64,000 bases of DNA from Eledone cirrhosa (Eukaryota), in the NCBI GenBank assembly GCA_964016885.1, contig OZ024741.1:150474001-150538000 (forward strand), read 5' to 3'. The notes below the pieces were generated by a model. It ran no database searches, was not told where the DNA came from, and saw only the letters and a program-made list of their open reading frames with translations. Below are positions 41,880-55,685 of the stretch, in pieces. Position numbers and translations under genes: made by a program. The first letter of the stretch is position 1, and each line of letters opens with the position of its first letter.

Positions 41880-42720
41880 AAGTGAGAAGTGGACTTGTGG
41901 TGTTGGGACAATGCGACCAACATTGGCTGATGCAGTGGAGTAGATGGTGAAGAGGATGAATAATGATGAGAGACCATATGTAGTGGAGAAGGGCCGTTGT
42001 GAAAAGAAGGAAAACACTACAGGCCTGTCACTGTAAAAAAGAAGATTGACCCCAAAATTGGAGGGGATTTGGGAGTCTCAGGTGACCTGGACGGCAAATA
42101 CCAATTTCCCCTTTTTACCATCAAGAAACTCAACCACATCTTGAGGTGTAAGGTAAGGAAACTAGTGAAGATGGTGGAGCTTACTGCCTATTGGGAGGCG
42201 AACAGGAAGACCAGGAAGTATATGAACTGGTTGAACTGTGTGAAATCTGCGTGTGGGAAGCGCCATACTTCTTTGTAGTGATAGGTGTCAGAGGATTCGT
42301 TGGAACCAGGGTTGACTCGCTGCTCATGAGCCTTGAATTAGCAGCAAAGAAAAGGAAACATCTTTCGAGTTCATTATCGGAGGCAGCTAAGAAAACGAGT
42401 CGCTACATCTGGTTGGAAAAAGAAAACGAATGGCGCACTCGACACGTTCAGGTAGCTGGAGACATCTTGCTCGGAGTCACAACACCAGATCCATCGAATT
42501 CCATGTTGTTCTGACGCGTTGAGGTGGACGGACTCAACATCAGAGTCATCTAAGATGTTTCTGTTGTGAAGAAGTTTCGACGCCTACATCGATGGGCTGC
42601 CCTAGTAGCTCTGGTGTCGCAGTGGAATTGGTCGAAATACCCAAAGAGTTCTTAACCTCCTGATGAGGTATCGACTTCTGCATTTAGAGACGGAGTGCAG
42701 CAATACTCTCTGCGCAGATC
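41880..42720 (+). mobile_element. Decayed HERO/NeSL-like RLE retrotransposon 3' end
   Basis: VELTAYWE..RKY; W.A...VVIGVRGFV; LSEAAKKTSRYIWLEKE resemble the HERO C-terminus. Confidence 0.65.
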
Positions 42721-42951
42721 TGTGTTTTCGAAGCATTTGTGTGAAAAAATGTTATCATGATGCAATAGAAGCAAGAAAAATATGAGAGAAATAAATTAGA
42801 TTAATGGCTTGAAGAAATGTTAAAGGTTAATTAATGAAAATAAGGAATTATTGTTTGTAGCGAGGACAGAACAGGTTAATGTTATTAGATTTAATCTCAT
42901 TAACAAGTGTTGTTTGTTATAATAAGCTGTGAGAGGTAACAGTAGAAATAC

Positions 42952-43140
42952 ATAATTGTTTCTACGTTAGGCACAAGGCCAGCAATTACCCAGTGCATTA
43001 CTGGTACTTTATTTTATCGACCCCGTAAGGATGAAAGGCAAAGTTAACCTCGGCGGGAATTGAACTCAGAATGGCAAGGGCCGTAACTCTACACACCAAA
43101 GCATGGCGTTCGACCCTCTACCGATACTGCCAATCCACCG
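42952..43140 (-). mobile_element. SINE, full length
   Basis: Matches 30766-30955. Confidence 0.88.
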
Positions 43141-43903
43141 CATACATAATTACAGGAATACTACACGGGATATACCAAATAGAACATAGAAAATATAATT
43201 TAGTTATTTATTGTATTTAGTTTGAGTGCTGTTAGTTGGAAATTTCAGGTAATATTGATAATGAATATTTTCGGGGTTCGTTATGTGTATGAACCTTTAT
43301 ATGTGACCAGCGAATGTGCAGGATACTTAGAGATCATAATTGAAATTATATACTTACCAGTTATTGATATCGGATTTAGATTAATTTTAGATTTAGGGTA
43401 CATTTGGAAGAGTAATGGTGCTGTTTTATATCTAATAGTGGATAGTGTAATTGGGGTGATTGCGTTGCCCTAGAGCAAAGGTTCTCAACGGGGGGGGGGC
43501 ATATGTCCCCCCCCCCCCCGACATTTCGGAGCGTGGGGGGGGGGAGTTTGGGAGCAAGAGGGCGTTAGGGAGGCGTTTGGAGCTTTAGGGGGCGCTGGAA
43601 GCCCCTTTAGATTTTAGTTTGGTAAGTTTTATAAGTTATATTTGTACATTTCTTAGACAGCCAGTGTGAATGCATTTGAATGAAGAAAACGAAAAAAATA
43701 AATAAAAGAAGCTTGTCAAGGAATTCCCTAGGGGGAGAAAAAAAAACGAAAGAAATCAAAGAAAATGAACATAAGGACGTCAACTTTGACAACAGTTACA
43801 AGAACAACTTCAACAGAAAATGACAACAAAAAGAAGCAATGGTGATGAAAAGTGTGGGTGTATACATATAAATACATACGAACATACACAGACATGCATA
43901 CGT

Positions 43904-43946
<43 letters not shown>

Positions 43947-44228
43947 GACACACAGGCCTGTGTTAGTGTTTGATGAAGTTGAGAACCTGGTCAGCTTTCA
44001 GCCAGAGCTTTGGTATTTAATCTCCCTAGATAATATAATCTGGAGACAGAATTTTCTCCTTACCAAAAAAAACAAAACATAAATATAAATGCATGTATAT
44101 ATACAAATGTATAAATGCATAGCTATATACATACGTAAATTTATGTATGTATGTATGTATGTATGTATGTATGTATGTATGTATGTATGTATGTATGTAT
44201 GTATGTATATATGTATCTATATATATAT

Positions 44229-44648
44229 GACCCCTCCGGGAGAGATGACCCCTTAGCCTTTGTCAAGGCAGAATTCTAGGAGAAGGAAAACTCTGATATA
44301 ACACCTGCAACCCTGATGGTATCCAATGATGTTGACTTGTTCTTCTTTTTGGTAAATATCATCTTGGTTAAGAGAGTGGGACTGGCTTTGTGCAGTGCCT
44401 TTGCTCACTATAAAAGCTTCATGGCACAGGCGTTGCTTTATATATGGAGATCTCTCTGCACTTGTCGTCACATGGTACTATGGGCCCAGCACTATGTGTC
44501 AATAATTGTCACAAGTGTAGTGTTTGTACCAGAGTTTTCAAGTCGCTGGCTGGACTAAAAAGTCACACTCGTTCAGCGCATCGGTAGGGGTTCTCCTACA
44601 TGGATATAAAGTAGTGGCCGTACTCGAAAATGAGTTAGAAGCCACCAT
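44229..44648 (+). repeat. Non-coding repeat whose distal ~255 bp recurs at 48248-48500
   Basis: gtgcctttgctcactataaaagc...gccacca present in both places in direct orientation. Confidence 0.75.
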
Positions 44649-44651
44649 ATA

Positions 44652-44687
<36 letters not shown>

Positions 44688-44720
44688 TGTATGTATGTAT
44701 GCATGTATGTATGTATGTAT

Positions 44721-47700
44721 GTTATCTCTTTCTCTTAATTTCGAGTATATTTTTTTTGACCGGCCACCTTCCTGGTGGCAAGGTTATAAAAGAAAAGAAA
44801 TTGTCATCCTTTGAATCGCAAGAATGTTTTGCAAATTTTGAAGGTGCCAGCTATCGCAGTCATTTGTAGACTATGAATTAGGGAGCTGCGCTTTTTGTCC
44901 GCAAATCCAAGTTCAGTCATATTTTGGTCCAAGCGGGTTGGTATATAACCCGTAGCTCCAATAATGATGGGTATGAAGCTAAAGGTGTATCTTGGATACT
45001 GGATTTGTAAACTCCTCATCAATGGTCCGTAGATGTCCTCCTTCTCCTGTATTTTTCTGACAACGTTTACATCAAGTGGGCAGCTGATCTCCACAACAGA
45101 ACACGTTTTCAATGTGTGGTCCCAAACAACAATATCAGGCCGGTTGTGCTTTAATTTGGTGGCAGTTTTTATTTTCAGGTTTCACCAGTATTCCTTAGTC
45201 TCAATATATTCTTCCTCGTTTGTTGTTAATTTTGCTTTCTGAAGTGCGTTCCAGATGGTTCTAGCTATCCCATTGTGTCTCATGGGGAGGTAGTAGCGTG
45301 ATGACATTCTTTCGCAGCTGGCAACAATGTGGCTTACATCCTCGATCTTTGTTTTACATAGCTTACATTTATCGTCAGCTGCTGGCCCTCCTCTTTTCTG
45401 CAGCAGATATTTAGTAGGGAGTTCTTGTTCCTGTATTGCATAGCGATATCCCTCAAGGTGTGATGTCATAAACTTGTCGGAACTCCATGCCAGGCTTTTT
45501 GAGTGGTTTATCCCCTCTATGGGCTGTGTTTACGTCTCAAGTATCCATGCACAACTTTTTCTGTAAATTGGTCAATTTTTTAATCTTGTTTGAACATTGA
45601 ATAGGATCTTCCGATTTCTCTGGGTGAGAGATTTATATCAGGCTTTATTCCATATCTCTCCTCCAGATCAATCGCTATTCTAATGATATATTTTTTTTCA
45701 TGTTCATAAACCTGGGCAAGATGGTTGCCAACCTTTTTCCTCTGTTGAAGGTGTTGCTTCAGTGTTACTATCCGGGTCTCATATATTGTTAATATTGATT
45801 TTAAACCCCGGCCACCTTCCTTGCGTGAGAAGTATAGCCTATCCACATCACCATTGATGTTAAAGTTCCCAGTAACACTGAGAAGTTTTCGAGTTCTAAC
45901 ATCCATTTCACTTAGTTCTTGCAATGACCAGTTCAGCAGGCCAAATGTTGGCGTTAGAATTGGCACAGCATAAGTATTGTGGGCAATGTATTTGTTGTAT
46001 GCTGACAGTTCTGATGACCATATTTTCTTTACTCTTCTGAGGTATTCAGTTCTGGTTCTCTCCTTATTTATGGGTCCATCATATCTGACATTCTCATCCT
46101 GTCCAAGATATCTGTAGTTGTCACCTGACTGCAGAGGTTGTATTGTCAGGCCGTTCATCTCTAGATTTCTAGAGGAGGGCACAGCTCTTCCACGTTTTAC
46201 TGCCAAATATGCACACTTGGACTCACCAAATTTCATTTTGATGTCGGTTGAAAATTGTGAAATGAGGTACAATTGTTTCTTGATGTCATTGATAAAATGG
46301 CCCATACAACTTCAGGTCATCAACAAAGAAAAGATGGGAGATACTTCTGGGCCAACTTCTTTGTCCACCTTGTTTCCTGAGTAGGTAAGATAGTGGATTC
46401 AGTGAGAGAACGAAGAGTAGCACTGACAAGCTATCACCCTGAAATATGCCTTTCTGGTAATGTATCTTATCAGTCTTAACCTGCTCCTTCTCACCTCTAA
46501 GGATCAAATTGGTGTACCAGTTCTTGGTCAGGCGTTCAACAGCAGCTACCAATGGTTGTGGGACTTTAGCTAATTGTAAAGCCTTAATAATCCACCCATG
46601 AGGTACACTATCAAATGCCCTTTGATAGTCCAGCCACACCACAGTCATGTTTCTGCGATTCTTTGTTGTTTTTTCCTGAATCATTTTGTTTGTTAGGAGG
46701 TGATCTATGCAACCCCACACCTCCCTCTTTCCACCAGCTTGCTCAGGTGTTATGATGTTGTTGGTAGCACAGTTGGTAGCACAGTGATCCTGTAAGAACA
46801 AGTTAAGGCACCCAGTATATAATTTATACATGATGTTTTGGCAGGCAATTGGGCGGTAATTTTTAGCAAGAGTGGTTTGGCTATTTTGGGGAATGAGGAG
46901 AGTAGTGGCAGTTGATAACCATCTGGGCAGTTCTTATGTGCCTTTAATGGTTTCTGTAAACAGCCGTATGAGATCTTGCCGATAGAAAGTGAAATTCTTC
47001 AACCAGTATCCTGTAATGAGGTCTGGGCCTGACGATTTCCTATTCGACATTTTCTGTAGAGCTGTTTCCAGTATTGACCCATCTATGTCATATTGTTTTG
47101 TCTGGACATGTTGGCAGTAGTCCTGTTCCAGTTCTTTTAACCAATTAGTTTGTCTGTTGAATCTGTCATCCGTTTCACATACAGATCTCCAGTAGCTCTC
47201 AACCTGTTCTTTTGAAGGGGTGTCGTTTACAGGGATTGAGCTTTTGCCACCGAAGCTGCGATAAACTGATTTAGGATCTCTGGCAAACAATCTATTTAGC
47301 ACTTGTCGTTTATGTGCTGTTGACTTATATTTTAGTCTTTCTATTGTAGCTGTGAGTTGTTGTTTCAACTGGTGTAATTTGGAGTTCAAAGTTTTAAATT
47401 TTGTATCTCCAAATCGTCTCTCTAAGTTTTTCTTTAGGTCTTCCTGGTGTCGTGTGAAGTTGCTCTCTATGTTGCATTTCATAACGACTGCGATGTGTGA
47501 GATACTTCGTCTCAGGGACAAAATTTTGGATTTTAAATTTCGCATCCATGCTGGTTCAGGCTTTCTGTTTTTATCTTGATTGCGTGGTTTTAGATGTGTG
47601 TTATATGATAGCAATGTGACAGCTGAAACATATAACAAAACATTAAGCGTTTCAAATGTCATTTCTACACCTTTAGATCGTATAGCCTTCAGATAATTGC

Positions 47701-48113
47701 CAGCTATTTCGTTCACCGCTTCCAATTCCAATTCCAATTTAGTGGGTTCTTTACTGATTCTGGTGTTGTATGGTCTGTCACTCACATTAAGGCTGTGTAT
47801 CTCTTGAAACATATCGTTCCATATCAGTTGGAGGGTGTCCACAAGTTTTTGGTGTTCTGTTTGTTCAGTAGAGTCATGAATTTCAGCCCCGTTGTTGATG
47901 TGGTGACAATTACTACTAGAGTTAACTGACCTTTCTCGCTGTTCTTCAGTGGAAGTGGGATGGATTTCAGCAAAATTGTTGGTGAGCTGTTCACTGTTAG
48001 ATTTAGCTGGCCATTCTCTTTGTCTGTCAGTGGAGGTGGGGTGGTTGTCTACAAGGGCTGTATTTGTAGTATCACTCAATTCCGTTAGATGTATCAATTT
48101 ACATCTAATGATA
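44721..48113 (-). mobile_element. 5'-truncated family-B Dong/R4 copy in (TATG)n
   Basis: ORFs 46934-48097, 46286-46831, 45580-46305, 45182-45469, 44804-45112, highly similar to 12501-15885. Confidence 0.92.
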
Positions 48114-48497
48114 CGTATGTATGTATGTATGTATGTATGTATGTATGTATGTATGTATGTATGTATGTATGTATGTATGTATGTATGTATGTATGTATGT
48201 ATGTATGTATGTGTATATATATATATATATATGTGTTAATATGTGTAGTGCCTTTGCTCACTATAAAAGCTTCACGGCACAGGCATTGCTTTATATCTGG
48301 AGATCTCTCTGCACTTGTCGTCACATGGTACCATGGGCCCAGCACTATGTGTCAATAATTGTCACAAGTGTAGTGTTTGTACCAGAGTTTTCAAGTCGGT
48401 GGCTGGAATAAAAAGTCACACTTGTTCAGCGTATCGGTAGGGGTTCTCCTACATGGATATAAAGTAGTGGCCGTACTCGAAAACGAGTTGGCAGCCA

Positions 48498-48545
<48 letters not shown>

Positions 48546-48573
48546 CTACATACATACATATATATATATATAA

Positions 48574-48642
<69 letters not shown>

Positions 48643-50754
48643 CATATATACATTTACGTATGTATATAGCTATGCATTTATACATTTGTATTATACATTT
48701 GAAAACACCAGTAAAATAATCAATTTCCTAGATATAACTTTGGACTTATCTACGGGTATCTACCAACCTTACCATAAACCTAAGCAAAACTTGCATTACA
48801 TACACTCACAATCCAATCACCCTAGATCTATCCTTAAAAACCTACCATATAACATCTCACTTAAGATCTCTATTAAACGCGCTCGATAAAAACGCGCCAT
48901 TTTATAACGAAGCTTTAGCTAGAAGTGGGCACAAAAACAAATTCGTATACATACCTTGCACCAATAATATTTCAAACATACAAACTAATATTACCAACAA
49001 ACACCAAATGAAAAACCCACACCTAAATGCCACTCATACTACACCTAAAATAACAACCTAAAACTTAATTTCTCTACCTCTTCTCACATAAAATATAATG
49101 ACTTTCAAAAAACCATTCATCCTAATACTCCAACATATGTTAAAAAAATTACTAACAAAATTCCTAGTAATCAGACTAAAACACCTAAATCAGTTAATCA
49201 AACTAAACCTATATATAATAAAATCACAAATAGTAACCCTTAGTAAACCTCCTCATACATCGTATAAATATAAGAAATAATATCGAAACCGTAATAGACG
49301 GGTTACTTGGTTTAATGCTCCATTTAATTTACAAATTAAAGACAATATCCCTAAAAAGTTCTTTGCTATCCTAGCGAAAAACTTCCCACTAAACCATAAA
49401 TACCATCAAGTTTTAAATAGATCTACAATCAAATTCTCCTACTCCACTATCAAAAATTTACAACAGAATATAAGTGCGTACAACGCATATAAGTGTAAAA
49501 AACCCATAAATATACCACCAACACATCAAACCAACCATAATAATACTAAAATAAACCATAACAAACCACCATCTCCTTCACCTATAACATGTCCTGTAAA
49601 TTCCACACCAAATTTAACTAACTCCCCTGATATAATATTCACGAATGGTTGTAACTGTAGAATCAAAAGAAATTGCCCATTAAAGGGAAATTGTCTTATT
49701 AATAACATAGTATATAAATGTGAAGTTAGCACTAAGGACTCCACTTATTCATATATAGGAGCTACGTCTAACCAATTTAAAGTAAGATTTAATACCCACA
49801 AACATAGTTTTAAAAATGCCGCATTGGCTAATACAACATCCTTGGCTGAGTCAATTAATAATTATAGAAAGAAAAACATCGATTACAACCTGACTTGGAG
49901 CATGCTCAAAAGGGCCACCCCTTATCAAAATAGCAGATACGAGTGTAGGTTATGCTCCCAAGAACTTTTTGAAATCATGAAATCTAAGGATATCCTATTA
50001 AATAAGCGACAGGAATTAATTATATCTTGCAATCATAGAATTAGAAGAACCTTCAAATATTATAAACCTAATTAATATACACCTTACTCTTATATTTTAC
50101 AAATTATTATAATTGTTTTTTTAAAATTTAGTTAACCTATAATTAGTATTTTACTACAGAGAACTTGATATTTTTTCCCTCTTACAGCTCTCTTTTCCTA
50201 AAATTATTTTTAACCACACTACTTCATTTATTCGCATCCCCTATTTATCACATTTAATACCTATGATTATTAAATATAATTAATATCTTTAATATCATCA
50301 ATGTCCGTGTCGATACAATACTCTTTATACAAAATTATTTTATCTACTTCAGTTTTTCCATATATTTATCTTTTATTTTTATTGTTTTAATTTCTTACTT
50401 CCTTATTTATCACATTCGTATGAATTAATATAATTTTATCCCTGTAAGTATACCTATAAATTAATTTAATTTCCTGTTGTGTATTTAGATTCCTTGTAGT
50501 TTAAATAAGATTGGTATTTCTCACTAATACCCTTTTCCCCAAATTTTATTTTCCTTCGTTTTTAACAACACTCTTTAATAACATCAAGTTTTTATTTATC
50601 ACATTCATATGGATTAATATAACTTTATCCCTGTAAGTATACCTATCAATTCATTTAATTTCTTGTTATATATCTAGATTCCTTGTAGTTTAAATAAGAT
50701 AGGTATTTCTCACTAATACCCTTACCCTAAAATTTTATTTTCCTTCGTTTTTAA

Positions 50755-50940
50755 GAATTGGCAGTATCGGTAGAGGGTTGGACGCCATGCTTTGACACAT
50801 AGAGTTACGGCGCTTTCTATTCTGAGTTCAAATCCTGCCGAGGTCAACTTTGCCTTTCATCCTTACGGGATCGATAAAATAAAGTACCAGTAATGTACTG
50901 GTTAATTGCTGGCCTTGTGCCAAAAGTAGAAACAATTATT
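50755..50940 (+). mobile_element. SINE nested in the PLE 3' UTR
   Basis: Matches 40643-40830. Confidence 0.88.
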
Positions 50941-51176
50941 TAATAACATCAAATTTTCGTGTACCCTTCACTATCTTCTTGACTTGACCTCATTTCATCT
51001 CCACAGTATTCTTTTCATTCAAAGCACAAGTCTGCACTCCTATACCCCTAGATTCAATCTCTACTACTGTCATTCTATCAACTTGACCTCTAACTCCTTT
51101 TCTATTGGTCAATTCAAAACCTGTTCCCAAACAGACCCTTTATATTAATTCCTTGTTTTTTTCAATAAACACATTT

Positions 51177-51309
51177 CATCATTTCTGAGGACGGCATGTA
51201 TATGTGAAGGTATGTATATTTCCTCTGATAATTTGTAATATTTTTACATAGACTATATGATATACATACCAACACACATATATAACCCAGAAACGATCGT
51301 AAAATGATG
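51177..51309 (+). ncRNA. Hammerhead with ~100-nt extended stem II
   Basis: catcattt-CTGAGGA-[long hairpin including ggtatgtatat/atatacatacc]-GAAA-cgatc-GTA-aaatgatg; 8-bp stem I, palindromic ACGATCGT stem III. Confidence 0.78.
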
Positions 51310-51456
51310 AATTCTTTAATATAAAGAACTTGTTCTTTGTGTTTATTTCATTGTTTTTATTAATTTATTTGTATATATACATGCATTTATATTTAAGTGT
51401 GTAAGAATATATATATACATGTGTGTGTGTATAATATATATATACATGTGTGTGTG

Positions 51457-51513
<57 letters not shown>

Positions 51514-51657
51514 TACACACATACACATATATATTTTCTTTTTTCAGTCTGGTCTACCATGTTTGAGCCCCCTGTTGGAGATAGATAGATAGATAGACGT
51601 TTACCAAACACACACACAGACATTTCTTACTCTCTCTGCCCACCTATTTCTATCTTC

Positions 51658-51774
<117 letters not shown>

Positions 51775-52869
51775 GTTGTTATTTGGTGTTGTTGAAAAGG
51801 GCAGTGGCCTTTGAGCTGGCAATAAAACTGGAGACAAAATTCTTTCTGTACCAAAACCAAGGCAGACACTCACAAGTTTGTGTGTGTGTATTTATGTGTG
51901 TGTGTGTGTGTGTATCTATCTATGTATATATATAAGGGATACATATACTGCTTTCTCAGTCACCAAGCTTCTCAATTCATTCCTTGCTACTAAGTATTTT
52001 ATTTTGCTACGAGGTATATTATTTTGCAAGGTACTATTTTTCCCCTGAGTTTGTGATTTCATAGAAAGGTAAGAAATTCTTCATATTTTGCATCTTTTGT
52101 ATTTTGACTTTACAGTTTCAATTGTCTATCCACTCAAAATATTACAACAGCTAACAGTGAAATATAAAGTTAAAAAAAAAAAGAAGCTTTTTCGACTGAG
52201 ATCAAATCTTTTTTTTTTATTTCAAAAATATATAATTTGAAATAGCTTGCTTTTGTTTTGGACTGAAACTTTTTTGTATTTAATTCGTGCGAGTATTTTT
52301 TAAAGATTCTAACATAACTAGATTTGGCCTAGTAATCTATTGATATCAAAATCAGTAGTATATTGAAAAATGGAAAAATAGGGTAGAGGGGCGTTTCGTG
52401 ATTTCGAGGGGCAAAAGGCGGCGCTTGGCTGAAATGGGTTGAGAACCTTTGCCCTAGAGTATGGGTAGGGGTGTATGTGAGTACATAGGTATCCTGCATA
52501 GGGGATATCCTTACCTTAGTTATAACCGTTATGACGTTTTAGCTTGCATCTTTGTTTTTTAATTCATACTTTCACATGGAGAACATGCGAATGGTTTATG
52601 GACTGGTGGTAGTTGCGGCTTAGGTATTTCAGCGTTATGATGAAAATATATGGAAAGTTAATATGAGGTTATAATAGAGAGATTCATGGTAATGAAGATG
52701 ATAATATTATGTGTTATTAAGCTTTCGTGTTTATAGGGTCCGTTTACTTACGTCTAGCTACTCGGTTTTCTCCGTTAGTGCTCTATGTCTAGTGTTGCGA
52801 AATGGGTCTTAGCAGTTTGGATTGGTGCTATCATATTTTAATTGAAAGGTATGCTGTTTATTTATAGAC

Positions 52870-53050
52870 CGCCGGACAACATGCTTTGCTGCATATAGTT
52901 ACAACCCTTTATAATCTGAGTTCAAATCCCGCCTTTCATCCTTACAGGATCGTCAAAATAAAGCACCAGTAACGCATCGGGTCGATTTAATCAACTTTTT
53001 TCTTCCCTTCAAATTGTTCTTCTGTGCTAAATGTAGAAACAATTATTATT
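52870..53050 (+). mobile_element. SINE with internal deletion
   Basis: ctgagttcaaatcccgcctttcatccttac. Confidence 0.75.
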
Positions 53051-53059
53051 TATAGAGTT

Positions 53060-53430
53060 TTTAAAATGTTTTGGATAGTTTGTAGAGGCAAGTATTCTTT
53101 TATTTTAGGCCCACTTCTAAGAATTTCCATAGTCTCCGCAATGCATAAATTACAGTTATTAGTCCCCTCTATATGGATACACTGATCTAATTATAGAGTG
53201 TAGTTCGTTGTTCAGCTTTAATTGCCAAATCAATTCTGATGAAGCCGTGCTCTTTGTTTATTTATATTATTGAAAGAGTAGCGATGATTATACCATTCTT
53301 CCTTAAATCGAGTAACGGTCGATCCTATATATCTATATAATTCATTATTGGTAATAATCCTACATTTACACACTATATTCCTTTTGAGGCAATTGTTTCC
53401 GAGAGAGCATACCACAGGTTTCTGCAGTTG
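53060..53430 (-). mobile_element. Naiad-like PLE GIY-YIG fragment
   Basis: CSLGNNCLKRNIVCKC..YIGSTVTRFKEEWYNHRYSF..CNLCIAE. Confidence 0.78.
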
Positions 53431-53565
53431 TTCAATAGTTTACGCGTAGGATCTATTACGAATATATATAAATATGTACATTCCCCCCACACACATGCAT
53501 ACACACACAGACACACATACATATATACATAGTTTAGGATAGTTTCCGTACAACTTCATTTAGAC

Positions 53566-53604
53566 CGAGCTGAGGATCCGAATAAGGTGAAACATTTGTT
53601 CTCA
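53566..53604 (+). ncRNA. Hammerhead of the 25385-26089 family
   Basis: cgag-CTGAGGA-tccgaataaggt-GAAA-cattt-GTT-ctc. Confidence 0.62.
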
Positions 53605-54189
53605 GTATGGTGAACTAACTGTGGTCGAACTACTTCTACTAAACTCGTCCCATGGACTGAGTGCTCTACTACTACGGATGTAACCCACCTCGCTCGTCCA
53701 CACGATCTGGAACTTATGTTCAGTTACCGCCGTGGACTTGAATTTTCTTTCTTCAAGCTGCTCGTACACTCTTCGGTTTGTTGTTTCCAGTTTTTTTCGT
53801 TTTTTTGGGCTGTTTTTCTCTTTTCTCTATTTTTTTCGTGAAGTTAATAAGACTTTATGATAATGCATGCTCTTGTTTGTTTGTTTCTTGTATTCTAGAT
53901 ATATACTTCCATGCTTACGCGGACTCCCACTCTGGCCGTCGGATTACCCTTGGTTTACACTTGGTTTACCCTTTGACTACTCTTGGATATCTCTCGGATT
54001 ACCTACGAACTCCAACTTTTGGATCTTTTGAACAGCAATCGTGTCATCAATCTTCCATGATCCATCACCCACTTTGCTCTACCTCTTGTATCTATCTCCT
54101 TGCCTTTACCTCAACCGACATCCAACCATGCGCAACCACTCCTGCCTAAAATTGTACCCCCTCCCCCACTTCTGCATTAAGCCCACACT

Positions 54190-54852
54190 TTGCCTGGAAT
54201 TTGCTAATGACATGGTGTTTCTTAACTCGTGAAGGTGATCCAACTTGCACCGATAGGCTTGTGCAGCACAACGAGAATATAAATCAAGGCTGTGAAAACT
54301 GAGACACTCGTTCTCTCAAGGAAACCTGCGCAGTGCAATCTACGTGTAAATGGAGTTCCACTGAAGCAGGTTGAGAAGTTCAAGTATCTTAGAGCCATGT
54401 TCATGAGTGGTGGAGGGCAGAATGCTGAATTAAGTTCTAGAATTGCATTCAGTAATCAAAATAAGGGAAATAGACGCAAAAGCCAATCTCGCTATCTTCA
54501 ATTCGGTAATCGTGCCAATCCTTATCTATGGTTTGGATCTTAGGTAATGACCGAAAGAATATGATCGCTAATACAAGCGGCCAAAATGGGGTTTCTCGGA
54601 AGGGTCTTTGTAGTAAGGTTACTCGATAGAGTGCGTAGCTCAGAGATCAGAGAGTCACTACAGGTAGAGCTACTACTTCTGTGAATTGAAAAATCACAGC
54701 TCCGGAACTATGGGCAAGTTATTAGAATGTCTCAGGGAAGAATCGCTGGACGGAGCTTATGGGTAAAACCAACCGATAGGAGACCCAGGGGTAGACCTCG
54801 AGCTAGAAGGTTGGATAAATTCCACGAGTTTGGGATTAGTTGGAGACGGTTG
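54190..54852 (+). mobile_element. RTE-clade LINE 3' RT fragment
   Basis: LEFANDMVFL, KTETLVLSRKP..LKQVEKFKYL; homologous to ~19330-19850. Confidence 0.82.
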
Positions 54853-55132
54853 CTTATATATATATATATTCGATTGATTATTGATTAGGCGAACCCGCTG
54901 ATGAAGCCACACGCGCCGATTGTGCATTGTTGCATAATAAATGTAGACAGTAGATTGCTGCATTAAGTGGCGCCGACTCGAGTATGGGTATAGATTGAAG
55001 GTACCCATTTACGCGTGTTGTGTTAAAGCGAATAACTATATGTCTACTCTGGGTGTTTACTTAACATTACCTATTGAGTACGCTGAGATGCAACCGGTAC
55101 TAGCAGCGAAACCCATGCTAGTCTCGTCAACC

Positions 55133-55179
<47 letters not shown>

Positions 55180-55306
55180 TGTATATATAGTGTATTTTGC
55201 AATACACTGTATGCTTAATTAAAAGCATTTCGAAGACCTTACGCTATTGTTTTAGAGTAGTGACAGTCTCAGTTACTTTACATTTTCAGCAAAAAAGGGG
55301 AGATAA

Positions 55307-55351
55307 AACTAACAGAGCTCTGTTTCGTACTGATTGGTACTTATCAAAGCC
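55307..55351 (-). ncRNA. Hammerhead, U3:A8 core
   Basis: ggct-TTGATAA-gtac(caatca)gtac-GAAA-cagagctct-GTT-agtt. Confidence 0.75.
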
Positions 55352-55640
55352 AAGTACTCCACCTGTCTGCTGAAAATCATGAATGTTTGATTCTTATAGA
55401 ATTCTAGTAGTAATCAGGAACTGATTATAGAGAGCGGTTGCCGGTCAGGCAGATATTGAAAATTAGAATTGGTGCTCTGAAATAGCGATATATATATGAA
55501 TGTATATATAGTTTATTTTGCAATAATAATTTTCAATATCTGCCTGACCGGCAACCGCTCTGTATAATCAGTTCTTGATTATTACTAGAATTCTATAAGA
55601 TTCAAAAATTCATGATTTTCAGCAAACAGGTGGAGTACTT

Positions 55641-55685
55641 GGCTTTGATAAGTACCAATCAGTACGAAACAGAGCTCTGTCAGCT
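55641..55685 (+). ncRNA. Hammerhead, U3:A8 core
   Basis: ggct-TTGATAA-gtac(caatca)gtac-GAAA-cagagctct-GTC-agct. Confidence 0.82.

Larger units (their letters stand above)
48692..51370 (+). mobile_element. 5'-truncated Naiad-like PLE with long 3' UTR/pLTR
   Basis: INFLDITLDL..YQPYHKP..SNHP; WFNAPF; CNCRIKRNCPLKGNCLINNIVYKC..YIGATSNQFKVRFNTH; CRLC..ISCNHR; 189-bp tandem duplication at 50404-50753. Confidence 0.88.

Noticed and set aside
38560-50075. Selenocysteine (in-frame TGA at conserved Cys) in Naiad-like PLEs
   Set aside because: The conserved Cys positions I read are TGT/TGC; the stops seen look like ordinary decay.
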